64,000 nucleotides of DNA, taken from positions 5,463 to 69,462 of the IMG/VR virus record IMGVR_UViG_3300046678_000400; one strand, given 5' to 3'. A program made the position numbers and the translations under genes. The notes under the pieces are model-generated. The model was given only the letters and a program-made list of their open reading frames with translations, was not told the origin of the DNA and searched no databases. Positions 50,594-59,289 of the stretch are shown in pieces. The stretch's first letter is position 1. Every line of letters begins with the position of its first letter. The stretch is from a virus. Taxonomy: Duplodnaviria; Caudoviricetes.

Positions 50594-50827
50594 TTAGTCA
50601 TTAATTTTGAAATTGATACTTCCGGCATTAGCCTCAGTTAAGATATCCTTTGTCTTGTCTTCGTTTTTGTTTGTTGTCAAATGAATACCATTTCTACGTT
50701 GCTCAAGTGTGTAACTGAGCAAGTTCAATGCCATGATGACAACTTCTGCCTTGGTAATGTTTAATGTTTTGGACATTTGGCCAATAGCGCCATCTTCTTC
50801 GTTAATAGCCATCATGAATTTTGACAT
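50594..50827 (-). CDS. Ribbon-helix-helix-like regulator
   Basis: MSKFMMAI...LNITKAEVVIMAL pattern. Confidence 0.5.
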   Translation of the reverse strand: MSKFMMAINEEDGAIGQMSKTLNITKAEVVIMALNLLSYTLEQRRNGIHLTTNKNEDKTKDILTEANAGSINFKIND

Positions 50828-50938
50828 GTGTTTTCTCCAAAAAGATTCGGTGCAAGGATTGTATGATAACAAATTTTTTCATTGCGTCAACATCATTTAA
50901 ATTTATTTTCTAAATCATACATATAACTTGGAGGCAAA

Positions 50939-51170
50939 TATGAAATCATTAAATGAATGGGCAAGAGATAACGACCTTAATTTGGGAACAATCGACGATA
51001 TCGGATACCAATCTCCTGAAATGGAAGTTCTTTACGACGAAGATCACGTAACCGCACAAGTCAATGATTGGATTCATAAACTAATCGGTTTATGCTCTCC
51101 TGTACCAAAAGAAGATCGTGCAGAACTAACTGAACAAATTGTCAAAGCTATTCGTCAGCATTTACAGTAA
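50939..51170 (+). CDS. Small hypothetical protein
   Basis: GGAGG RBS; MKSLNEW start. Confidence 0.55.
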
Positions 51171-51178
51171 AGGAACTT

Positions 51179-51424
51179 ATGCTTACTTGGAAAAAATATC
51201 TTGAACAGAGGGAAACTCTTAACCCAAAAATGATTGCTGCTTTGCGTCATACAGCAGCAGCATATAAAAAAATGGGTCAAACAATGTTCCTCAGTGATGT
51301 TATTAACTTAGTCAAACACGGCTCTCAAAGTTACGTGCCTTTTATTTCATGGGCACAACAATTTAATTTTTTGCCTAATCACCCAATAGATTATATTTTG
51401 AACATTTACGCTCAAAAAGCGTAA
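51179..51424 (+). CDS. Small probable virion internal protein
   Basis: AAGGA RBS; MLTWKKYLEQRE start. Confidence 0.5.
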   Translation: MLTWKKYLEQRETLNPKMIAALRHTAAAYKKMGQTMFLSDVINLVKHGSQSYVPFISWAQQFNFLPNHPIDYILNIYAQKA

Positions 51425-51469
51425 ATTTTTCGATCAACTACTCTCTTAATTCTTTAAGAGGGTACTTCA

Positions 51470-52009
51470 TTGAAAATAGCATACTTTGTAATGGGTCCAG
51501 AATCAAGTGGAACCAGAATGTTAACAAAATCATTTTGCGCTTTAGGCATTTATGGCGATTACAAGCATAAGCAACGTATGGACGATAACGATTTCTCCAA
51601 AACGCCGGATAAAATAGTTATCCGTAAAAGTTTGCCACATGGCGACGTTTGGCCAGCTATTGCTGACTTAATTAAAATAATGAAATCGGCAGGATACGAA
51701 ATAATCGTACCAATAATGATTATCCGTGATAAAGAGGCAACAATCAAAAGCCAATTACGCCACGCTCATGCCGCAACTGTTCCAGAAGCAAGAGCCAATA
51801 TCCAATTCTCAGTTGATTTTATGTTCAAACAATTATCAGAAGTTGGTTTATATCCAAAAATAGTAGCATATGAACCATTCGTAAAACATGAAAAAGTCAG
51901 AGAAGCATTTTACAGCAGTTTGGGACTATCTGTGCCAGTAATGTCATTCTACGATGCAAATGAAAAATACAATAATGAACCTAATGAGGAAGGGACTGAA
52001 TCTGAATAA
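51470..52009 (+). CDS. Sulfotransferase-fold protein, paralog 1
   Basis: FVMGPESSGTRMLT loop; IIRD..ATIKSQ. Confidence 0.6.
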   Translation: MKIAYFVMGPESSGTRMLTKSFCALGIYGDYKHKQRMDDNDFSKTPDKIVIRKSLPHGDVWPAIADLIKIMKSAGYEIIVPIMIIRDKEATIKSQLRHAHAATVPEARANIQFSVDFMFKQLSEVGLYPKIVAYEPFVKHEKVREAFYSSLGLSVPVMSFYDANEKYNNEPNEEGTESE

Positions 52010-52016
52010 TAGTATT

Positions 52017-52535
52017 ATGTCAACAAGAAAAAAGCAGGCATTTTTTATCATTGGACCAGAAAGTAGTGGTACGAGAATGATGACCCAAGCATTTATTGCT
52101 TTAGGCGCTTATGGCGATGGTGGTCATGCTCAAAAATTAACCAGGGAAGGTTATGGTGGCGGTCATCCTTTAATCGCTGTTAGACGGAGTGTGCCGCATG
52201 GTATAAAGATGCCTGATATTACGCAAGTCATCAGAGAAATCAAGAAACATGACTATCAGGTTATTCCCATTGTTATCGTAAGAGATAAAGACAAATGTGC
52301 AGCTTCTCAAGTCAAAAATGGACATGCTAAAACTTTACAGGAAGCAAAAGATAGCATCAAAAGGTCCGTAAACTTTATTCATATGCATTTGTCAAATTTT
52401 CCAAACATTTGGCCTTATTTTGTTCAATACGAGCCTTTTGTTAAGAAAAAGAAAGTAAGGGATTGTTTTTTCAGAAGATTTGGATTTGAACATCCTAATA
52501 TGGAATTTTACGATGGCAATGCAAAATACAAATGA
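52017..52535 (+). CDS. Sulfotransferase-fold protein, paralog 2
   Basis: FIIGPESSGTRMMT; similar to paralog 1 along its whole length (YEPFVK, FYD.N.KY). Confidence 0.6.
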   Translation: MSTRKKQAFFIIGPESSGTRMMTQAFIALGAYGDGGHAQKLTREGYGGGHPLIAVRRSVPHGIKMPDITQVIREIKKHDYQVIPIVIVRDKDKCAASQVKNGHAKTLQEAKDSIKRSVNFIHMHLSNFPNIWPYFVQYEPFVKKKKVRDCFFRRFGFEHPNMEFYDGNAKYK

Positions 52536-53002
52536 TTATCCTTGATGGAATAATTGTACCATTTTCCATCTATTAATGTTTGATGTGAAAAATCACTTTT
52601 GGCAAATCTCAAAATAACATGATAATCATCTCTGTATAAAACGTCTGTTAGTGTTCCATCCGTATAAAGTTTCTTTTTATTTACAAATCCTGAATTTGTA
52701 CAGATTATCATTTCTCCATTTGCTTCTATGTGATCTATGCACTTATCAATTTTGTTGCATGGAACTACGCCAATAACTGTTTTAAACTTATATTCAGTTG
52801 GAAAATTTAAAAAGTCTGGGCACTTTACAGATTTTAGAATGGCCACATCAAACAATTCTGGAAGTGGAATTAATGTTTTGTTATTAAATCTTTTCAGTAG
52901 AAGCATCAGGCTTATTTCGGTATCGGTCATAACTTTAGATATAGTGGTCTGAAAAAAATATTTTACACTATATTATTGCATAAAGATTTTTTTAGGAGTT
53001 TT

Positions 53003-53779
53003 ATGGCTAAAAAGTTACACGTTCATGCATCTTTGAGTAAAGGTTATGGTTGGAGGCGTCCAAGTTTGCCTCGCCGTCGTTCAATGTTTTCAGCAACCTT
53101 TGATGGACCGCTACCTTCATCAGTGGATTTACGTCCAGGCTGTCCAGCAATATACGATCAAGCAGATTTAGGTTCTTGTACTGCTAATGCTTTAGGAGCT
53201 TTAGCTGAATTTATTATGATTAAGGAAGGCAAGCCTGCCTTTGTTCCAAGTCGTTTATTCATCTATTATAACGAAAGAGCAATGGAAGGTTCTGTTAGTC
53301 AAGACGCTGGTGCTGCCATTAGTGATGGCGCTCAAGTCCTTGCTGTAAAGGGTTGTCCACATGAATCAATTTGGTGGTATAACACAGCTAAATTTGCAGT
53401 AAAACCAAATAAAAAGGTTTTCGCTGATGGATTACAGCATTTGGTTGATGGAGTTTCAGGTGTAGAGCAAGATTTGACAGAAATGCGCAAAACTTTAGCT
53501 GCTGGTTATCCAATCGTAGGTGGTTTTACCGTATATGATAGTTTTGAAAGTGACGCAGCTGCCGCAACTGGTATTATTCCAATGCCGAAACATTCTGAAA
53601 ATGTTCTCGGTGGTCACGCTGTTATGCTTGTAGGATACGATGATTCAAAGCAGTGGTTTATTGTTCGCAACAGCTGGGGAACAGGATGGGGTGATAAAGG
53701 TTATTGCTATATGCCATACGCTTATTGGACAGATTCTCAACTATCTGATGATTTCTGGACTGCCTTAGCTATCGCATAA
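53003..53779 (+). CDS. Papain-like (C1A) cysteine peptidase
   Basis: DQADLGSCTANA, SRLFIYYN, GGHAV, RNSWG..WG..GY; AGGAG RBS. Confidence 0.92.
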   Translation: MAKKLHVHASLSKGYGWRRPSLPRRRSMFSATFDGPLPSSVDLRPGCPAIYDQADLGSCTANALGALAEFIMIKEGKPAFVPSRLFIYYNERAMEGSVSQDAGAAISDGAQVLAVKGCPHESIWWYNTAKFAVKPNKKVFADGLQHLVDGVSGVEQDLTEMRKTLAAGYPIVGGFTVYDSFESDAAAATGIIPMPKHSENVLGGHAVMLVGYDDSKQWFIVRNSWGTGWGDKGYCYMPYAYWTDSQLSDDFWTALAIA

Positions 53780-54063
53780 ATATTATCCATTTCGTTTTGA
53801 AAACCCTCTTTATCGAGGGTTTTTTCATTTTCTGGAAGGAAATCTATGTTCTCTTCTGCTACCCAAGTATTACCGCCAGCATCTTCCTTTATATGATATT
53901 GATTTCTATCGGATATAACACGAATTTCGGTAACAACACCACTCCAATATTGATATGAACTTGTAGGTATTTCTAAATCCAATACGTGAACTTTATCACC
54001 AATTTTAAAGTTTTTGGTTCTTTTTGGTTTTCGATATGAAAGTTCAAGATCACAATTTTCCAT
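53737..54063 (-). CDS. SH3/KOW-like protein with LELSYRKP motif
   Basis: FKIGDKVHV...GVVTEI...Y.I. Confidence 0.55.
   Translation of the reverse strand: MENCDLELSYRKPKRTKNFKIGDKVHVLDLEIPTSSYQYWSGVVTEIRVISDRNQYHIKEDAGGNTWVAEENIDFLPENEKTLDKEGFQNEMDNIYAIAKAVQKSSDS
53800..53825. terminator. Intrinsic terminator
   Basis: AAAACCCTC-TTTATC-GAGGGTTTT. Confidence 0.75.
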
Positions 54064-54261
54064 CGCTAACATCCTCTACTTTAACAATATACTTTGTTTT
54101 TGATTTTTTATAAATGTAAGAAGTTTCTGGATAATTCTTAGCTCCCTTTTTCGCCTTATCCCAAGCCGCACTATCTCTCATGCTACCAATAACAGCCAAT
54201 ACGGTAATAATGATAAAGAATGCTACTGGCAAGATACAACAAAGTCCAGCACAAATGTCCA

Positions 54262-54504
54262 TCATAATTTCCCACCACAATCAATCTCTTCTATCTTAAC
54301 TGTTTGTCTGATATTAGACATTTTATGAAGTGTTGAAATTTCTTCAATCGGCGGCGGATTTCTTTCTACCAGTCGATGACACCAAAAGCATACCCAATGA
54401 CCCTTATAGAAATGGCCAACTGGCAATGAGCGAAAACAGAATGAACAAATAAAACTGGTTTTCTGCATACGAACTATCTTACATGATGAAACCAAAGAAA
54501 TCAA
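54262..54504 (-). CDS. Small C4 zinc-finger protein
   Basis: CSFC...WVCFWC, same module as in 6339-6809. Confidence 0.55.
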   Translation of the reverse strand: MISLVSSCKIVRMQKTSFICSFCFRSLPVGHFYKGHWVCFWCHRLVERNPPPIEEISTLHKMSNIRQTVKIEEIDCGGKL

Positions 54505-55007
54505 TCTTCATTATCTTCTTCATCTTCTTCGTCTTCAATTTGATTTGCTAAACTGATATAATCCTTGTATTGTGGCACAGATTTGGTCTTGAGCCAATCA
54601 CTAAGCACCAAGAGGAAATTGCGCCAAATAAGCTGTGTCATTTCGTAACATAAATCAGATACGATAATGAGATTCATTGCGCTGTATCTTTCTTCTTCAT
54701 CGTCATTTAGCCCGAATGGACAAAAAATGCCGCCATAGACAGAAGCAGTAATATTTGGTAGATTGACATCCTTAATGACTACCCAAGGAAAGAACCACGT
54801 AGCATCGCCATTAGTTTCTAATCGTGCGACATAGGATTCTTCCGAGAAGTCTGGTGTTTCGGACGTGAAAATTAACTCTACAGTATGACAGAGATTGGAA
54901 TTGTCCGTAACCTTATAATAACTGACATCGTATCTTTGCTCTCCATCAAGTATAAGTGTTGCATGAGTGCCTTCGTTCATATGAATCTCCCTTTGAGATA
55001 AGATAGT

Positions 55008-55862
55008 ATGAAAAAACTAACATTTGAACAAGCCATGCGATTGACTTTAGGAAATTTAAACATCACCAAGGTCATTGACGAAGAATTACCAACCGAACTT
55101 TGGAGCGGTGCTTATTTGGCCGACAAAAAAAATGTTGATAAGTTTCTTGATGCTTTCTGCGAAGACATGGCATTTTTATCAAACAGGCCAATAAGCAGAC
55201 AATCTTATCTTGATGCTACTTTTAATTTATTTGGAAGATTAAGAATACCTTACGATACATTGCAAAAAGTGGTGAAAGATTATTACGCAAAAACTATAAA
55301 AGGTATAGACAGATATATCAATGAAGTTATTGACAACTTACAGTGCAAAAAAACATATGACATAAGCTCAAAACCTTTTCCATTCTCAAAAATAAGAAGA
55401 TTCGACAAAAAGATTATTTCAGCATACTTCTCAACAGCAAACGAAGAAGTGAAGCAAGTTTTATTGAAAGACCCCACAAGGAAAAATATAGATGAAGTTC
55501 AAAAGCCAAAGCACATTGTAGAATTACTTGACAAACTTGGACAAACACACTATGATTACCAACCATATATTCTTGACGATGGAGATGAAAAATTATTAGT
55601 AATTAGTTTAGGTAATGATTGGAGCGACATAGCTATCGCTAGCTGGAAACCAGCCTCAATTATGAAAATAGATAATCTCCTCAAGTTTTTTTCCTTTTTG
55701 TTTTTATTTTTTGGGGCGTGTGGACTTTGGTTTAATGGACTTCTATTGTCCGGTAGTATTTTAGAAATAGCTATAACGATTTTTAGTATTGTTTCTTGTG
55801 TTCTTTCGTTAGTTCTCGCAGGTTTACTATTTGTGAGAAATAACAAATCATTTAAGGTGTAA
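55008..55862 (+). CDS. Membrane protein (two C-terminal TM helices)
   Basis: Hydrophobic C-terminus. Confidence 0.55.
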   Translation: MKKLTFEQAMRLTLGNLNITKVIDEELPTELWSGAYLADKKNVDKFLDAFCEDMAFLSNRPISRQSYLDATFNLFGRLRIPYDTLQKVVKDYYAKTIKGIDRYINEVIDNLQCKKTYDISSKPFPFSKIRRFDKKIISAYFSTANEEVKQVLLKDPTRKNIDEVQKPKHIVELLDKLGQTHYDYQPYILDDGDEKLLVISLGNDWSDIAIASWKPASIMKIDNLLKFFSFLFLFFGACGLWFNGLLLSGSILEIAITIFSIVSCVLSLVLAGLLFVRNNKSFKV

Positions 55863-55866
55863 AACT

Positions 55867-56664
55867 ATGTTTGATGGAATTAAAAATTGGTTAGCTTCTT
55901 TTAACCATGAAAAAATAATTAAAAACATCTTTAGCGTCTGTCGATGGTTTAATATCAAACTCACTACGGCGTTTGATATCACCACGACTGTACACTGGTC
56001 TGTTGCTGCCTTTATCCTAGCGGCGCTTTTTATTGCTGGACCCATGTATTGTGGAATAATGTTGTTGGTTTTTATGTGTGTTGTTCCACATGAGTATGGT
56101 CATGCCTTGGCCGCTCGTATGTTTGGGATTAAAACAAGAAGCATAGTTCTATATCCTCTTGGCGGTGTTGCCCTACTTGAACCAAATCCAGAAATCCAAA
56201 TGATAAGAATGAAAGAGTTTGTAGTTGCCATAGCTGGACCCATTGTGACATTAGCATTATCAATGATCGGTCTTGGTGCAATGTTACTTGGTAGTTTGTT
56301 TGAAGAAAATTTCCAAACATCTTTTTCGGCTTATCAAGGTGGTTTTTGGTTCTATTTATTCATTATTAATTTGTCTCTATTCATATTCAATATGATCCCA
56401 GCGTTTCCAATGGACGGTGGTAGAGTATTACGATCTATCCTGTCATGCTTTATGAATCATGCTCTAAGTACGAAAATAGCATTCTATATCTCAATGTGTT
56501 TTTGTATCCTATTTGTCATCGGCGGTATCTTTGCAGGAAACTTCATGTTGCTAATTATTGCTGCGTTTATTTACATGGTTGGCAAGCAAGAAGTTCAACA
56601 AGCCCAACTAATGGGGCAAATGCAGGAAGAAATGCAAGCCGCAAAAAAAATTGAAAAAAGTTAA
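55867..56664 (+). CDS. Site-2 (M50) intramembrane metalloprotease
   Basis: HEYGH, LYPLGG, AIAGP, NMIPAFPMDGGR. Confidence 0.92.
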   Translation: MFDGIKNWLASFNHEKIIKNIFSVCRWFNIKLTTAFDITTTVHWSVAAFILAALFIAGPMYCGIMLLVFMCVVPHEYGHALAARMFGIKTRSIVLYPLGGVALLEPNPEIQMIRMKEFVVAIAGPIVTLALSMIGLGAMLLGSLFEENFQTSFSAYQGGFWFYLFIINLSLFIFNMIPAFPMDGGRVLRSILSCFMNHALSTKIAFYISMCFCILFVIGGIFAGNFMLLIIAAFIYMVGKQEVQQAQLMGQMQEEMQAAKKIEKS

Positions 56665-56674
56665 AAAACTGCTA

Positions 56675-56703
56675 TTGTTTTTCTAAATGAGATACTATAT
56701 AAT
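56675..56703 (+). promoter_or_regulatory. Sigma70-type promoter of the RNA-operon leader
   Basis: TTGTTT-17 nt-TATAAT. Confidence 0.55.
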
Positions 56704-56740
56704 ATTCGTAGTGACAGAAATAGTCATTTAGGAAATCAAA

Positions 56741-56842
56741 ATGAGTTACTTACAAATATCATGGTTGTCGCATAAAGATGGAAATAATTCCGTTGTGCGC
56801 CCATGTTATCTACCTAATATTGAAGGTACAGCCACAACGTAA
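56741..56842 (+). CDS. 33-aa putative leader peptide
   Basis: AGGA RBS; MSYLQISWLSHKDGNNSVVRPCYLPNIEGTATT; stop abuts a hairpin. Confidence 0.4.
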   Translation: MSYLQISWLSHKDGNNSVVRPCYLPNIEGTATT

Positions 56843-56932
56843 CTCAGATCAAATATAAGCCGATCTGAGATTTATTCTTGGGTCGGGATGTGATACAATA
56901 AACCCACCAAGAATATCTTCGGTGGGTTTTTT
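56843..56932 (+). promoter_or_regulatory. Putative attenuator (competing antiterminator/terminator)
   Basis: TATTCTTGG (56873-81) is complementary to CCAAGAATA (56907-15), which lies inside the terminator AAACCCACC...GGTGGGTTTTTT. Confidence 0.6.
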
Positions 56933-56952
56933 AGTTGATTAAGGTGAAACAA

Positions 56953-58704
56953 ATGCCTTCTGTGAGCGCACCAGACCTAAATGTTATCAACGTCATTGAT
57001 CCAGAAGATTATGATGTTGAAATTCGCCCGCAAGAATTATTGCAGGTGGTTTTGGTGGATAAAGGTAATGATATTGAATGGCGATATATTGAGTATTCGC
57101 CACAAATTGGGTTTAAAGTCCTTAGAACAGAAACTTTATACACCGATAGCATTGAAAGAATGACAGAAGGGAATTTTCAGGTAATTCCCTATACGAAAAA
57201 ACTTGGGAAACTACAACACCATTTTTGGTTTCGTATTAATCCTGATGACGCTAAAGAAGTAATCGACCTTGAGGAACGATACTTTGAATTAGCCACGATT
57301 GGCTTTTACGATGTAGAAACACAAGCCGAAGTAGGCAGAGTAAAAGTTAATATGATTATGGAAGCAGCCGATAAAAGTGATTTTATCGACTTAATGACAG
57401 AAACAACATTTGCTGCCCGTGACCTTGTAAAACAGGAAGCGCAAACGTTAGGACTGTCCAATAATTATACGAATGAAAAAGAAGGCTATATCCTCAATCC
57501 ATGCTCAGAAGAAAGAGTGAGTTTGGAATGCCGTCAAAGAATAGCCATTATTGAAATAGCGCAGCCACCAAAGACAAAAACTATTAAGAAATGGAAAATG
57601 TCAGGTGAAAGTGCTGTGGCATGGGCAAAGAATGATAACTTTTTATCAGTTGTCGAAGTTGCTCCAAGATACGTTAATGGCGTAAGAGTGCAAAGATTCC
57701 TTGCTAGAAATGAATTGCACAGTTTGCCTGACGGAATAGATAAAATAAGATTAGGAGAAGTTAGCTTCTCCCTAGAATCAACAGTAATTGGCGGAAGTTG
57801 GCATAAAAAAGTAATTTTTTCTGCGGTTAGAGAAAGAGAAAAATCCAGAAAAGATTTCATAATACATGAGTATAATAAAGAAAACGATGAAGACCTTTAT
57901 GATATTGATGCCTACGGTAGAAGATGTGACGTAGATAGTTGGCTTACTTGCGTCGTTCGGCGTCCAAATACGGAAGATTACATTGTCAGGAAACCAAGAA
58001 AAGTTCCTGTCAAAATTGAAGAAATTGATGGTACGTTAACGGCTGGCGTAAAACTGATAAAGGTTTTTTTGCCACCTACTGAATACAAACATTATGTTTG
58101 TGACCATCCGAAAAAGAAGTTTGCCACTGGAGAAATTGTAGAAATAGCTGACCCTGCTGGCAACACTATGGTTGAATTGAATAAAGACCAGAAGTTGATT
58201 GTAATGTTATACAAGGATGTTAGTGGTCGCAAGAATGGTTCTTGGGAACTAGTAAATGTCTCTGGTGGTGTTTTAGAAAGTAGAGGAACCACAGAAGATT
58301 TGCATAGAATCCAGTTTTGGTTCGAGCAAAACGATAAACAAGCACATGAAGTGAGTATTATTGTTTTCAAAAGAGGCGATGAGCGAAGATTGCTCCATGT
58401 GTTTCTAACCGGAAGAAGAGTTAAGGAAATAAAAACTGAGGTTGTAACTTTTGAAGAAGAGAATAAAATACTACAAGAGTTACTGATGAGAGAAAGTGAT
58501 TACCGAACAGTGACTTCTTTGAGAGTTGAAACAGAAATTTCCGAAGAAAAGTTGCAAGAAGCACTTGAAAAATTGGAAAAAGATGATAGAGTAGTGAGAC
58601 ACCCAGATCAATTTGGCTTATGGGGTCACAAAAATAGAATTGCTTTCGGTAAGCAAGGAGCAATAGAATTACACGATGCTCTTGAAAAGTGTAGATGCCT
58701 TTAG
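56953..58704 (+). CDS. Large hypothetical protein
   Basis: ~583-aa ORF, AAGGTG RBS, no recognised motif. Confidence 0.65.
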   Translation: MPSVSAPDLNVINVIDPEDYDVEIRPQELLQVVLVDKGNDIEWRYIEYSPQIGFKVLRTETLYTDSIERMTEGNFQVIPYTKKLGKLQHHFWFRINPDDAKEVIDLEERYFELATIGFYDVETQAEVGRVKVNMIMEAADKSDFIDLMTETTFAARDLVKQEAQTLGLSNNYTNEKEGYILNPCSEERVSLECRQRIAIIEIAQPPKTKTIKKWKMSGESAVAWAKNDNFLSVVEVAPRYVNGVRVQRFLARNELHSLPDGIDKIRLGEVSFSLESTVIGGSWHKKVIFSAVREREKSRKDFIIHEYNKENDEDLYDIDAYGRRCDVDSWLTCVVRRPNTEDYIVRKPRKVPVKIEEIDGTLTAGVKLIKVFLPPTEYKHYVCDHPKKKFATGEIVEIADPAGNTMVELNKDQKLIVMLYKDVSGRKNGSWELVNVSGGVLESRGTTEDLHRIQFWFEQNDKQAHEVSIIVFKRGDERRLLHVFLTGRRVKEIKTEVVTFEEENKILQELLMRESDYRTVTSLRVETEISEEKLQEALEKLEKDDRVVRHPDQFGLWGHKNRIAFGKQGAIELHDALEKCRCL

Positions 58705-58868
58705 TTGTTTGACCGAAAGGTAACTAGGGCGTTAAGTGTTAGTAAGTTGGTGAGCCGCAGGAAAACGTAACTGGCCTTTATAATCCAAAGGTCGTGTTTT
58801 CGGGATGACTATCGAAAGATAGTGGCATTACAGCAAACCAAATACTGAGAAAGCACTTCAAACAACTT
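58703..58868 (+). ncRNA. Unknown structured RNA
   Basis: Closing 10-bp helix AGTTGTTTGA/TCAAACAACT; nested AAGTGTT/AGCACTT, AGTA/TACT, TTGGT/ACCAA; two GAAA-capped hairpins. Confidence 0.65.
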
Positions 58869-58870
58869 AT

Positions 58871-58942
58871 GCGGGTGTAGCTTAATGGCGAAGCGTAACG
58901 TTGCCAACGTTAAGACTGTCGGTTCGAGTCCGATCACCCGCT
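58871..58942 (+). tRNA. tRNA-Gly(GCC)
   Basis: Full cloverleaf, loop TT-GCC-AA. Confidence 0.95.
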
Positions 58943-58943
58943 C

Positions 58944-59197
58944 TTTCGTTCCGAGTCGTCGCTGTAACCCAAAAGGTTATAGAGGAAGTTCACGACGATA
59001 CTGCTTGTAGGCAGGAGAAAAAGCTCTTTGCGAAAGCATAAAGCAAGTATCGAATGCACTGCCGAGTTCGCAAGCCAAACAGACCTAGCCGGTGAGCAGG
59101 GCTTTGACGGTCGGGTTGGTGCAGCCGAAAGGCAACAAGCTGGATGCTTGTTAGATAAATGACGACATAGAACAGAATCGTGGCTACGGGAACGAAA
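58944..59197 (+). ncRNA. rnpB: RNase P RNA, minimal (S-domain truncated)
   Basis: GAGGAAGTTCACGA / ACAGAATCGTGGCT P4 with bulged U; P1; P2 GTCGTC/GACGAC; P3; P6 CTGCT/AGCAG; P15-P18; AGATAAAT. Confidence 0.9.
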
Positions 59198-59201
59198 ATT
59201 C

Positions 59202-59274
59202 GGGCCAGAATGTACCAAGGCGGCGAAGAGCGCTTGCAACGCACTTGTGAAGAGTTCGATTCTCTTCTGGTCCA
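59202..59274 (+). tRNA. tRNA-Ala(TGC)
   Basis: Cloverleaf, G3-U70. Confidence 0.9.
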
Positions 59275-59289
59275 CTTAGGAGGTAGTGA

